64,000 nt of DNA from a virus (Duplodnaviria > Heunggongvirae > Uroviricota > Caudoviricetes), in IMG/VR virus record IMGVR_UViG_3300031088_000799; one strand, given 5' to 3'. Made by a program: the position numbers and the translations under genes. The notes beneath the pieces are model-generated. The model worked only from the letters and a program-made list of their open reading frames with translations. It was not told the DNA's origin and searched no databases. Positions within the stretch are counted from its first letter, which is position 1, and each line of letters starts with the position of its first letter. Below are positions 21,203 to 30,408 of this stretch, piece after piece.

Positions 21203-21863
21203 TTAATAATTGAGCATTGAAATCAATTTAAAGATCGTATCATTAATTTCATGATTAGGGATTTTTTTCAAAATTCGTTGTTTAAAATACTCAATAAAGT
21301 GAATGTAAATAGCACTCTTATCTTTAATTTGAATATGAATATTTAAACCAAAAATAATTTTAAAACTATGACGATTATGGTTATAACAAATGCCATCATC
21401 AATAATACTAAACAATTCAAAATACTCCATATTCTTTTTGCTTTCACTTAACTTTGGCATATTAATAGAAACATGTTTAATATCTAAATTATTCATGACA
21501 GACTGATACAATTGTATAGCGTTAATCAATTGCATAGCATGTTTAGACCAATCATTGATAATAACATGGTTCAGCAGACCTTCCATTTGTTTAATGTCTT
21601 TGATAGGGAAAGTGACTTTTTCAAAGCCCCTGAATTTGCCATAATTTTGAATTTTTCTTGATTTATCAACTTTTCTTTGATGATGCAAAAACAACTGCTA
21701 TCACTTTATCTAGAGTGCTAGTAATAGACATGATGTATCCAGTTTCATCTGGAGATGTTAATGTAAAATAATCAGCAAGGATTGGAACTTCAGTGACATC
21801 AAACTTTTTAGAACGTAAAAAATCTCTGAAATTCTCTCGTGAAACCAATAAGTGATCACACAT
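21203..21863 (-). pseudogene. probably one frameshifted gene of the C-terminal tag family (..LISMLNY)
   Basis: ORF 21666..21863 has the AGGAG SD/ATG; overlapping +1-frame ORF 21203..21694 has only a TTG start but carries the tag; joined length ~220 aa matches family. Confidence 0.5.
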
Positions 21864-21875
21864 TATAAAAACTCC

Positions 21876-22577
21876 TTAAATATTAATCATGGCAGCAATC
21901 ATATGTGAATCTTTTTCATTTTTTAGAAAATCTTCATAAGTAACCTCTTTGTTTCTGAAATAAAGAGCATGGGCAACTTTCTTTGGTTCATTAACAAGAT
22001 CATTACACAATGCTTCAAAGTCATAAATAACATCAACAATGCTTTTTGTATTACCATCAGCTATAATTCTTGTTTTAATGGTTGTGCAAATACGGTGATT
22101 ATCTTCATCAACAAAAAAACTAGAGTTAAAGAAAATATCATTCCTAAATTCAATTTTATAGTCATCATTTAAATGATAGATTTTTTTAACCAACAATTGT
22201 TTATTAATCAGTTGTGGATCAATCCAAAACTCATAATAATTATAAGCACTAGGTAGACCATCAGATCGCATAGGAAAATATTCTAATTCGACAATACGTT
22301 GTTTTTCTAGATAAATTTCTATATTAAAAGTATAAAGAGTGTTCTCATTTTCAACAACGTAATTGGAAGCTTTAAAAATTTTGATAAAATAATTTTTTGA
22401 ACCAAAAAAAATAGGTTTCAACTGTGTTAAGAAATCTACAATCCTTGGATTAATTTCCCTGTAGTCCACATGACTTTGAATATCAGCCAACATTTTATTC
22501 CAATCACGAGTTGGGAATTTTCGAAAAATTGATTTAGACAATTTATAGTTTTCTGTAGTATGGAAATCAAGACTCAT
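21876..22577 (-). CDS. hypothetical protein, C-terminal tag family (..IAAMINI)
   Basis: 233-aa ORF, GGAG SD, extended -10 upstream. Confidence 0.75.
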   Translation of the reverse strand: MSLDFHTTENYKLSKSIFRKFPTRDWNKMLADIQSHVDYREINPRIVDFLTQLKPIFFGSKNYFIKIFKASNYVVENENTLYTFNIEIYLEKQRIVELEYFPMRSDGLPSAYNYYEFWIDPQLINKQLLVKKIYHLNDDYKIEFRNDIFFNSSFFVDEDNHRICTTIKTRIIADGNTKSIVDVIYDFEALCNDLVNEPKKVAHALYFRNKEVTYEDFLKNEKDSHMIAAMINI

Positions 22578-22704
22578 TATAACAGCTCCGTATCATAAAT
22601 TGACAAAATTATACCATAATACTAGACAAATTACAATAATTTTAAGATCCTAACAAACTAACGATTGACTAAAAAAAAAATAATTAATATAATAATTAAT
22701 CAAA

Positions 22705-22944
22705 ATGAGGTCTATTATGAATGAAACCGAACAAAGGTGTGATATTTGTGACGAAGTAAGTTCACCTGTCGAAATTATTGAGTTTAGAGAATTAAAAAGT
22801 TCTTCAAATATAGAATATATCAAAAGATCTGCATTATGTTTAGTGTGTGGAACCAACTATGCATGTGCAAGCCATATGCATTTGAATAAACTTGAAATGC
22901 TTATTGCTAAGAAAAAAGAAAAAGCTCTGTCGAAACAGAGCTGA
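22705..22944 (+). CDS. small zinc-ribbon protein (YgiT/MqsA N-domain-like)
   Basis: CDIC...CLVCG spacing. Confidence 0.55.
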   Translation: MRSIMNETEQRCDICDEVSSPVEIIEFRELKSSSNIEYIKRSALCLVCGTNYACASHMHLNKLEMLIAKKKEKALSKQS

Positions 22945-22949
22945 GTTAC

Positions 22950-23570
22950 TTAAAGATCTTTATCATCTAGCCAAGCAAAAAATGATTTTATTGAAAATGG
23001 TGACTCTGAAAAACTATTATTAACTAAAAACGTATGACATCCCATGAATTTACATTTGCTAATGTTTTGACTATTATCATCAACCACCAATATTTCCATT
23101 GGATTAATATCTTCAAAATTGCTTTCATACCAATGAATTACATGCTCAAAAGCTTCTTGGTCTGGTTTTGATTTGCCAATTTCAAAAGAATAGAAGCAAT
23201 GATCAACATGTTTCGCTAAATATTTTTCAATAGGCTGAGCATATTCAGGAGCCAGATTCGATAATAAGACAACAGTATAATCTTCTCTCAATTCGTCCAA
23301 TTTTTTACCAATATCTGATAAATAAGGTGTGATGTTTTTTAAGGCCAATTTCAATTCTAATTGTAAACTGTCTAGAGTTTCAGCAAGTACTTCATCACTG
23401 ATATGTTTAGGGATAATACTACGCCAATCAATGTTTTTTTCCGTCATCACTTTTCGGCGGAAATCTTTTGGATTAAGCCCAACAGCAGTTAAAAATTTGG
23501 TATGCGGATTACTCATAGTTGACGTTAGTAAAGTGCCATAACAGTCAAATATAATTAGTTTCTTTTTCAT
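22950..23570 (-). CDS. HAD-superfamily hydrolase
   Basis: Motif I IIFDCYGTL, motif II LLSN, motif III KPD, motif IV VVDDN. Confidence 0.88.
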   Translation of the reverse strand: MKKKLIIFDCYGTLLTSTMSNPHTKFLTAVGLNPKDFRRKVMTEKNIDWRSIIPKHISDEVLAETLDSLQLELKLALKNITPYLSDIGKKLDELREDYTVVLLSNLAPEYAQPIEKYLAKHVDHCFYSFEIGKSKPDQEAFEHVIHWYESNFEDINPMEILVVDDNSQNISKCKFMGCHTFLVNNSFSESPFSIKSFFAWLDDKDL

Positions 23571-23708
23571 TTTAAATACTCCCTTTCATTTTTGATTATA
23601 CACGAACATAAGACAAAAACAAGTTTTTTAATTGGTTGATATTTTCAATAAAATAAACTATAATATCGAAATAAATAGTATAACTCAGATTTTAAATAGG
23701 AGTGAATT

Positions 23709-24248
23709 ATGTTAAAATATTTTCCACTAAGAAAACAAAACATTACCATTAACAACAGTAATACAGCATTCTTAACTTCTTACAAGGAAACTACAGAAAT
23801 TCCCGTTTCACCGCATCCGGGGTCTTTTGGTTATGTGCGTAAAAATCATATTCATGAAGGTGTTGATCTTTATGCGGAAGAAGGTGATGATGTTATTGCT
23901 ATAGAGAAAGGAAAAATTTTAAAAATAATTCCATTTACTGGCGAGATTACTAATACCCCTTGGTGGAATAATACATATGCCATCTTTGTTGAACATAATG
24001 ATTGCATCATTAACTATGGAGAACTTATTCCAGTAGAGCACTTAAAAGAAGGCGATACTATTCAAGCAGGTGAAGTGATTGGTCATATTCGAACAGTTTT
24101 ATTAAAAGACAAAGGTAGACCAATGGCTATGTTACACATTGAAATGTATAAATCAACAGCGACTTCACCTGTTACTGAATGGGCACTCAATGCATCTAAA
24201 CCACCGTATTTGCTTGACCCAACCGATTTGTTAAAGTCATTAATTTAA
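23709..24248 (+). CDS. M23 family metallopeptidase
   Basis: HEGVDLY (HxxxD) and LHIE motifs; no obvious signal peptide. Confidence 0.85.
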   Translation: MLKYFPLRKQNITINNSNTAFLTSYKETTEIPVSPHPGSFGYVRKNHIHEGVDLYAEEGDDVIAIEKGKILKIIPFTGEITNTPWWNNTYAIFVEHNDCIINYGELIPVEHLKEGDTIQAGEVIGHIRTVLLKDKGRPMAMLHIEMYKSTATSPVTEWALNASKPPYLLDPTDLLKSLI

Positions 24249-24337
24249 TAAACTTGTCAATTACTTTTTTATTGGAATCTTGATTGATTTTTTTAATTGT
24301 TACAGGTATAATCATCGAAATTGTTAAGGAGATTTAA

Positions 24338-26254
24338 ATGTTTAATAAAGACTTATTTGAACCAAAAGCTACTGATAAAGAAACCTTTCTGTCTGTTTTT
24401 GAAAATTATAAACTTTGGATTTATGATTATATCAAAAATAATAAAGGCATTAAATTTAAAGACTACAAAAAAGAAGAAGATATTCAATCTAAAGCATTGT
24501 CTGACATGTTTATTCGTTATAGTTATCTTTCAAGCGTAAAAAAGACTGATGAAACCAGCGATTTTTATGAATTTATGATCAAAGAGTATGAAAAACACTC
24601 TGATCCATTTAGCCAAGATCCCGAACATTATGAGTTTATTAAATCTCTTATCACTGAAAATGAAACCGAAGAACGTTTGAAAAAACGATACCTTGAAAGC
24701 TTTGAGAAGTCTGGTATTAATTTACCAAAAGACAAACAAGACGAACTCAACGCAATTAGTCAAGAATTATCATCTGCTCAAATGCTATTTAGCAAAAACC
24801 TTATCGATTCTAAAAAAGAATGGTCATACGTCCTTACACCAGAAGTAAAAGCTACATTATCAGAAACAGATCTTGAAGCGTTTAAAGAAATTGATGGTCA
24901 ATTGGTTATGAAATTTAATCAGAATACCATGGGTGACCTTATGGTTAAGTCCACTTCTGACGAATTGAAAAAAATTCTCTATGAAGCCAGTGGTTATCCG
25001 GGTTCACCACGTTCTAATTTTGATAACACTGAAGTTACCAAGAAAATTTTGAATTTGAAGCAATCTATTGCCAATATTATGGGTTACAAATCGTATACTG
25101 AAATGGCTTTGGAAGATCGTATGGCTCCAACTTATGAAACAGTTGCTCAATTCCTTAATCGAATTAAAGAAAAGATGCAACCTTTGGCAAAAGTTGAATA
25201 CGAAGCCCTTAATCGTTTTGTAAAACAAGAATTTGGCATCAATGATATTCCAAAGTGGAATCGTAGTTATTATGGCAACATTAAAAAAGAACAACTATTG
25301 AAATATGAATTCAATATGGAGCGTCCTTATTTCAATAAAGAACGTGTATTTGAAGGTGTGTTTAATCTTGTTGAAAAACTTTTTGGATTTACTTTTGTAA
25401 AAGACACTGAATCTTTCAATCTACCTTATGAAGATACTGAATGTTTCAAAGTCTATGAAGGTGATGTATTAAAAGCTCGTCTTATTGTAGATATGTATGA
25501 ACGTGAACTGAAAGGAAGTGGGGCTTGGGTATCTGGCATGTCTGGTGTAACACTTGATGATGTAGGCTTAGTTTCACTTTGCTGTAATATTAATAAAAAA
25601 GACATTGGTATGGATATTGATGAAATTGTTACTTTCTTACATGAAATGGGACATGCAGTTCATCATTTTAGTTCAAAAGTACAATATTCTGACATGGCAG
25701 GGACCAGTGGTATGGCTCGGGATGCTGTTGAAATTCCAAGTCAAATGCTAGAACAATTTGCTTATGATACTGAGTTCTTACTTTCTGTATCATCACATAT
25801 TGAAACAGGTGAGAAAATTCCACAAAGCATGTTAGATGCCATTATTGCATCTAAAAATTATAACGTAGGTAGCATGTATGCCCGTCAATTGGTTTTGGCT
25901 ACTTTTGACATTAACCTTTATAACACATTTGATGGTGATATTACTGAGTTTTATAAATCAATTGCAAATGAAATTCTACCATCACGAGTAGACGAAGATA
26001 CATCGTTCCCTAATACGTTTGGGCATATTTTTGCAGGTGGATATAGTGCTGGATACTATGGATACATGTGGGCTGATATTTATTCAGTGGATGCGTTCAT
26101 GCATGTAATTGAAGATAAAGAAAAGAACGCTATCAAGTTTAAACGTGAATTCTTAGAAAAAGGCAGCAGTGTTGAACCATTGAAATTGTATGATAATTTC
26201 CGTGGTCAAGAAGTTAATATTGACAATTTCCTCACCTACTATGGTGTCAATTGA
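24338..26254 (+). CDS. M3 family metallopeptidase (oligopeptidase A/Dcp-like)
   Basis: LHEMGHAVHH, DAVEIPSQMLE, FGHIFAGGYSAGYYGYMWA. Confidence 0.93.
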   Translation: MFNKDLFEPKATDKETFLSVFENYKLWIYDYIKNNKGIKFKDYKKEEDIQSKALSDMFIRYSYLSSVKKTDETSDFYEFMIKEYEKHSDPFSQDPEHYEFIKSLITENETEERLKKRYLESFEKSGINLPKDKQDELNAISQELSSAQMLFSKNLIDSKKEWSYVLTPEVKATLSETDLEAFKEIDGQLVMKFNQNTMGDLMVKSTSDELKKILYEASGYPGSPRSNFDNTEVTKKILNLKQSIANIMGYKSYTEMALEDRMAPTYETVAQFLNRIKEKMQPLAKVEYEALNRFVKQEFGINDIPKWNRSYYGNIKKEQLLKYEFNMERPYFNKERVFEGVFNLVEKLFGFTFVKDTESFNLPYEDTECFKVYEGDVLKARLIVDMYERELKGSGAWVSGMSGVTLDDVGLVSLCCNINKKDIGMDIDEIVTFLHEMGHAVHHFSSKVQYSDMAGTSGMARDAVEIPSQMLEQFAYDTEFLLSVSSHIETGEKIPQSMLDAIIASKNYNVGSMYARQLVLATFDINLYNTFDGDITEFYKSIANEILPSRVDEDTSFPNTFGHIFAGGYSAGYYGYMWADIYSVDAFMHVIEDKEKNAIKFKREFLEKGSSVEPLKLYDNFRGQEVNIDNFLTYYGVN

Positions 26255-26787
26255 ACAATAGAAACGATTTATTAATCTGGTTAACTGAAGTCTTTGATGA
26301 CTGGTTAACCCCAGATTATATTTTAATGGGGGGCGATCACTTCGGTTTTCGCCCTCAAATTACTTTTAATGATGGTAATATTGTAAGCGTTCAAGGTGTG
26401 CCACATACAGCCATTCGAAAAAAATATAGATTAGTTTCAAATGAAGTTCCATTACATTATTATGAAAATATTAATTTAATTAGAAAATTAGAAAATTTAT
26501 TAGATCGAAAATATATAATAACCCATCAACCATCTAATCAGTATTCATTAGTTAATCTTTCCAATGTCCGATTTGATAAAAGAGCAAATCAAACCTTATT
26601 TGAAGAAGATTACATTATTCATTACATGAGTAATGGATTTCAATCTACAAAAATCAGAGATCCATTTTTTTTTGAATTACTAGATAATTTACTCACCCAA
26701 GAATATGTCATTATGTTACTAGACAAAAAATTTTCAGAATTAAATAATGATGAATTGAATATGGTAAAAATATATCATTACAAATAA
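26251..26787 (+). CDS. hypothetical protein, C-terminal tag family (tandem array 1/5)
   Basis: Ends LLDKKFSELNNDELNMVKIYHYK; TTG start overlaps upstream TGA. Confidence 0.7.
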   Translation: MNNRNDLLIWLTEVFDDWLTPDYILMGGDHFGFRPQITFNDGNIVSVQGVPHTAIRKKYRLVSNEVPLHYYENINLIRKLENLLDRKYIITHQPSNQYSLVNLSNVRFDKRANQTLFEEDYIIHYMSNGFQSTKIRDPFFFELLDNLLTQEYVIMLLDKKFSELNNDELNMVKIYHYK

Positions 26788-26800
26788 AAGGTTTATTAAA

Positions 26801-27502
26801 ATGGAAAATACAAATTCACTTTATAATGTTTTAATTCAAGAATGTCTCATCGATGACTTTTCACATATAACAAAATCTGAATGGGATTTATTCTTTTGCA
26901 TGGAAAACAAAAACTATATCAGTGAAATAACAGAAAGTATTTTACATATAAAACCAATTTGGAAAAAAAGTTTTTCATACAAAAATAATAGTCATGAAAT
27001 AAGTTTAAATTTTCCAATAAGTTACAAAAAATACATTGATAATCAAATTTATGAAATTCATGAAGATATAGAAAAAAGAAAATCAGTAATAAGAATACCT
27101 GAATACTTGTTAAAAAATAATTTTAAATTATACAACACAGAACATTCATTTGGAGAAGAATCATCTCATAACTTAAAAATGATTACAAATGTGTTTGGAG
27201 ATTTTGTTCACCATAATGATGGTGTTATGTCCTATATTAAAATTAATGACATGTGTATCTATCTTCATAAATATATAAAAATAGAAAAAAACGAAATTCG
27301 TTATATTCATAAATATGTCTTTGAATCGTTTGACAGATTTTCGGCTAACGAAATGCTAATATATCGAGTAGACAATAAGGAAAGCCTTAGTAAACAACTT
27401 GACGATTATCTCACAACCCATTATACTAGTGAGCTATTTTGTAAGTCTTTTTTTGAATTAACAGAAGACGAACTAATTCTATTAAAAATGGAAATAATAT
27501 GA
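26801..27502 (+). CDS. hypothetical protein, C-terminal tag family (2/5)
   Basis: Ends LFCKSFFELTEDELILLKMEII. Confidence 0.8.
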   Translation: MENTNSLYNVLIQECLIDDFSHITKSEWDLFFCMENKNYISEITESILHIKPIWKKSFSYKNNSHEISLNFPISYKKYIDNQIYEIHEDIEKRKSVIRIPEYLLKNNFKLYNTEHSFGEESSHNLKMITNVFGDFVHHNDGVMSYIKINDMCIYLHKYIKIEKNEIRYIHKYVFESFDRFSANEMLIYRVDNKESLSKQLDDYLTTHYTSELFCKSFFELTEDELILLKMEII

Positions 27503-28251
27503 AAAAATTTAAAGATTTTGCTGATTTGAATACCCATGTGAAAAATGAAAAAACGCAACGTTTAAAAGCAGCTCTTGAAAAAATACAAACAGGCGTATTT
27601 ATTGAAAACTTGAAAGATTTAAATGATTCTCAATTAGAAGAACTCATGGTCAATAAAAATACAGAACATTTAGAATATGCTTTGTTAAATAGAGATAAAA
27701 TTGTATTCGATAAAATTTGTCCAGAAAGAAATAGCTGGGACACATCTGGAGTTATTTACACACTCCCAATAGAAAACTCAAACATTCAAATTGAGTTTAA
27801 AGTTCCATTTACATTAAACAATCGACCATTGGCTGATTATATTCTTGTTTATATTGATGAAAGATTTTTACAACCTAAATTCATAAAAGAAGCAACTGTA
27901 AATCATTATACTAGTGATGATTTCAACGTCATTCAATCATATAAAAAACTTTTTGATGGAAAAATAGAATCAACTCAAATTGTCGAACACAAGTTAAAAA
28001 AAACAACTATGTTAAAAATAGAAGACAATATTGAATACATGGTCTACTATGAATTTTTAACCAGAAGAAGAATATCGGCAGGTTTATCAAAACAATTAAT
28101 GCTCATGACAAGCACGAAAAGAACAAACAGTGATTTTCCAACGGAAGTAAAAAATCATATAAGTGCAGAATACACATTACCCATTTTAGGTAAAAATTTC
28201 GATGAATTATCAGATGATGACATTATTGTTTTTAAAATGCACCAAATTTAA
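27499..28251 (+). CDS. hypothetical protein, C-terminal tag family (3/5)
   Basis: Ends ILGKNFDELSDDDIIVFKMHQI. Confidence 0.8.
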   Translation: MKKFKDFADLNTHVKNEKTQRLKAALEKIQTGVFIENLKDLNDSQLEELMVNKNTEHLEYALLNRDKIVFDKICPERNSWDTSGVIYTLPIENSNIQIEFKVPFTLNNRPLADYILVYIDERFLQPKFIKEATVNHYTSDDFNVIQSYKKLFDGKIESTQIVEHKLKKTTMLKIEDNIEYMVYYEFLTRRRISAGLSKQLMLMTSTKRTNSDFPTEVKNHISAEYTLPILGKNFDELSDDDIIVFKMHQI

Positions 28252-28264
28252 ATTGAGGTAACAT

Positions 28265-28972
28265 ATGAACAGTCTGATATTTGAAAACCTTAAAAAAACA
28301 GTGCTCATCAAAGATTTTAGTGCATTTAGAAAAAATGATTGGTTAAATTTTGATAATTTCAATGAAGCCTCACTAAATACTCTTCATGAAAACAAGCATA
28401 AAATATTATTAGAATGGAATGTTAGAACAAAATTCTCACTTGTTTCATTAGAGTTATCTTTTTATTATAAAAACTACACAAAAGATAAAAAATGTGATAT
28501 AATAAGTTCTTCCATATTATTTGATATCGAAGAGAGCAAATTACTATTAGAATCAGAAATCGATATTTCTCCTTGTTTTATTGATAGATCTTATTTTAAT
28601 AATTCTGTAAGCATTGCTTTAAATGATGAAGAAAGTAATTTAATACAGTTATATAACAGACTGTTTAAAAAACAAGTGAACATTAGGCATCCTTATAATC
28701 ATAATGTTCAAAAAGTAGAGAAATTGGTTTTCGATAAGGATAATAACATAAATTACATCATAAAATATGCTTACTATGGTATAAGAAATCAAGTTCAAAC
28801 AGCGATGGGATTAAAAGGGTTTTATCAATGTATTAGCACAACAACTGATGAAGATTTTGAAGAAAAACTGAAGTCGATGATTGAAAATGTTTACATATTA
28901 CCTATTTTAAATAAAAAGATACATGAATTGACAGATGATGACATTTTAGTTTTAGAGATGAATAATACTTAA
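28265..28972 (+). CDS. hypothetical protein, C-terminal tag family (4/5)
   Basis: Ends ILNKKIHELTDDDILVLEMNNT. Confidence 0.8.
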   Translation: MNSLIFENLKKTVLIKDFSAFRKNDWLNFDNFNEASLNTLHENKHKILLEWNVRTKFSLVSLELSFYYKNYTKDKKCDIISSSILFDIEESKLLLESEIDISPCFIDRSYFNNSVSIALNDEESNLIQLYNRLFKKQVNIRHPYNHNVQKVEKLVFDKDNNINYIIKYAYYGIRNQVQTAMGLKGFYQCISTTTDEDFEEKLKSMIENVYILPILNKKIHELTDDDILVLEMNNT

Positions 28973-28982
28973 GAGGTTTAAA

Positions 28983-29675
28983 TTGGAAGAAATTTTACTG
29001 AATAATCTATTAATTACAGACATCCTTAAAACATTAAGAAATCATATCTTAATCGAAGATTTGTCAACGTATCCAGATGATTTTTTGGAGGATATCGCCG
29101 CATATGAAGACGATCCAAAGTTAGTAGCAGAAAAACATCGATATGAAGTTTACTGGACTATCTTTAATGATTCTACGTCATTAAAGTTATATCAAAATAT
29201 TGTTGATAACGAAAAAAATAAAAATAATATTTATACATCAAGATTTTATGGAAATTTAGATGGTGGTGTTTTAAAAATAACAATACCTAGACATCAGATA
29301 AAACGATCTTTTTATAATTTGTCTGCTGCTGGTGAACATGAAGTGACAAACACCAATATGTGGTTAATTACATGGGTGGCTAGAATGTTTGGACATCATA
29401 AAGATTTTCAAATGTTACAGCATGGAGACTATGCAATTCTTAATAAATCCTATATAAAATTGAATGTAGATAATGAAAAGGTTTTAGATTATCAATATGT
29501 TGAACATTATACCTTAACGGTAGATGGTATAAAAGTTTCACATAGTAACCGAATAGACTTTAAAAAAGGATTAGACGACGAACTAAGTGAACGATATGCA
29601 CAACCATTATTTGGAAAGAATTTTTTTAAGTTATCAAAAAAAGAGTTAAAATTACTAGAAATGTATTTGGAGTAA
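28983..29675 (+). CDS. hypothetical protein, C-terminal tag family (5/5)
   Basis: Ends LFGKNFFKLSKKELKLLEMYLE. Confidence 0.8.
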   Translation: MEEILLNNLLITDILKTLRNHILIEDLSTYPDDFLEDIAAYEDDPKLVAEKHRYEVYWTIFNDSTSLKLYQNIVDNEKNKNNIYTSRFYGNLDGGVLKITIPRHQIKRSFYNLSAAGEHEVTNTNMWLITWVARMFGHHKDFQMLQHGDYAILNKSYIKLNVDNEKVLDYQYVEHYTLTVDGIKVSHSNRIDFKKGLDDELSERYAQPLFGKNFFKLSKKELKLLEMYLE

Positions 29676-29678
29676 AAA

Positions 29679-30371
29679 ATGGCATTAATACCACACATTA
29701 AAAACGTTAGTAAAAATACCAAAGGTAGAGATTTTGTCATTGGTGACATTCATGGGTCTTACAAATTACTCATGAACTATCTCATGTCTATAAAATTCGA
29801 TTTTGAAAAAGATCGTTTGTTTTCTGTTGGAGATCTAGTCAATAAAGGCGATGAATCGCTTGCTGTTTTCACATTAATAGATGAGCCATGGTTTTATCCA
29901 GTATTAGGTAACCATGAATTAATTGTTATAGATTTTTGGAGATATAATGATTACCCTACACATCTCAATGAATATGCTGGAGAGTGGTTCTTAGATCTAC
30001 CAGATAATGAGAAAGAAGCCATAGTTGTTAAACTTGAAACATTGCCAGTTGCTATCGAACTGGAAGTCAATGATAAAAAAATTGGCATTATTCACGCAGA
30101 AGTCCCAAATGATAACTGGAAAGCTTTTAAAAAGAGATTGTCAGAAACCAAGGGAATGGATAACTTTCATGCTGTAAATGAAGCTGTATGGGGTCGTTCA
30201 AAATATAAACAAAAGGATAAAACAAAAATTAAAAATATTGATTATGTTTATGTTGGACATACTATTGTTCCTAAACCGATTGAATTAGGTAATGTTTTAT
30301 ATATTGATACTGGTGCTTTTTATTATTATCAATTTACATTGATTAATTTAACCGAAACTTACGATAAATAA
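29679..30371 (+). CDS. Ser/Thr protein phosphatase-type metallophosphoesterase (lambda NinI/PphA-like)
   Basis: GDIHG, GDLVNKG, LGNHE, HA, GHT, IDTG motifs. Confidence 0.92.
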   Translation: MALIPHIKNVSKNTKGRDFVIGDIHGSYKLLMNYLMSIKFDFEKDRLFSVGDLVNKGDESLAVFTLIDEPWFYPVLGNHELIVIDFWRYNDYPTHLNEYAGEWFLDLPDNEKEAIVVKLETLPVAIELEVNDKKIGIIHAEVPNDNWKAFKKRLSETKGMDNFHAVNEAVWGRSKYKQKDKTKIKNIDYVYVGHTIVPKPIELGNVLYIDTGAFYYYQFTLINLTETYDK

Positions 30372-30393
30372 AAAAGACCTTAGAGGTCTTTTT
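30370..30393. terminator. bidirectional intrinsic terminator
   Basis: AAAAAGACCT-TAG-AGGTCTTTTT between convergent genes. Confidence 0.8.
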
Positions 30394-30408
30394 ATTTTTT
30401 GCATTTTA

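Noticed and set aside
22705-22944. MqsRA-type toxin-antitoxin module
   Set aside because: Zinc ribbon only, with no HTH and no adjacent co-oriented toxin gene.
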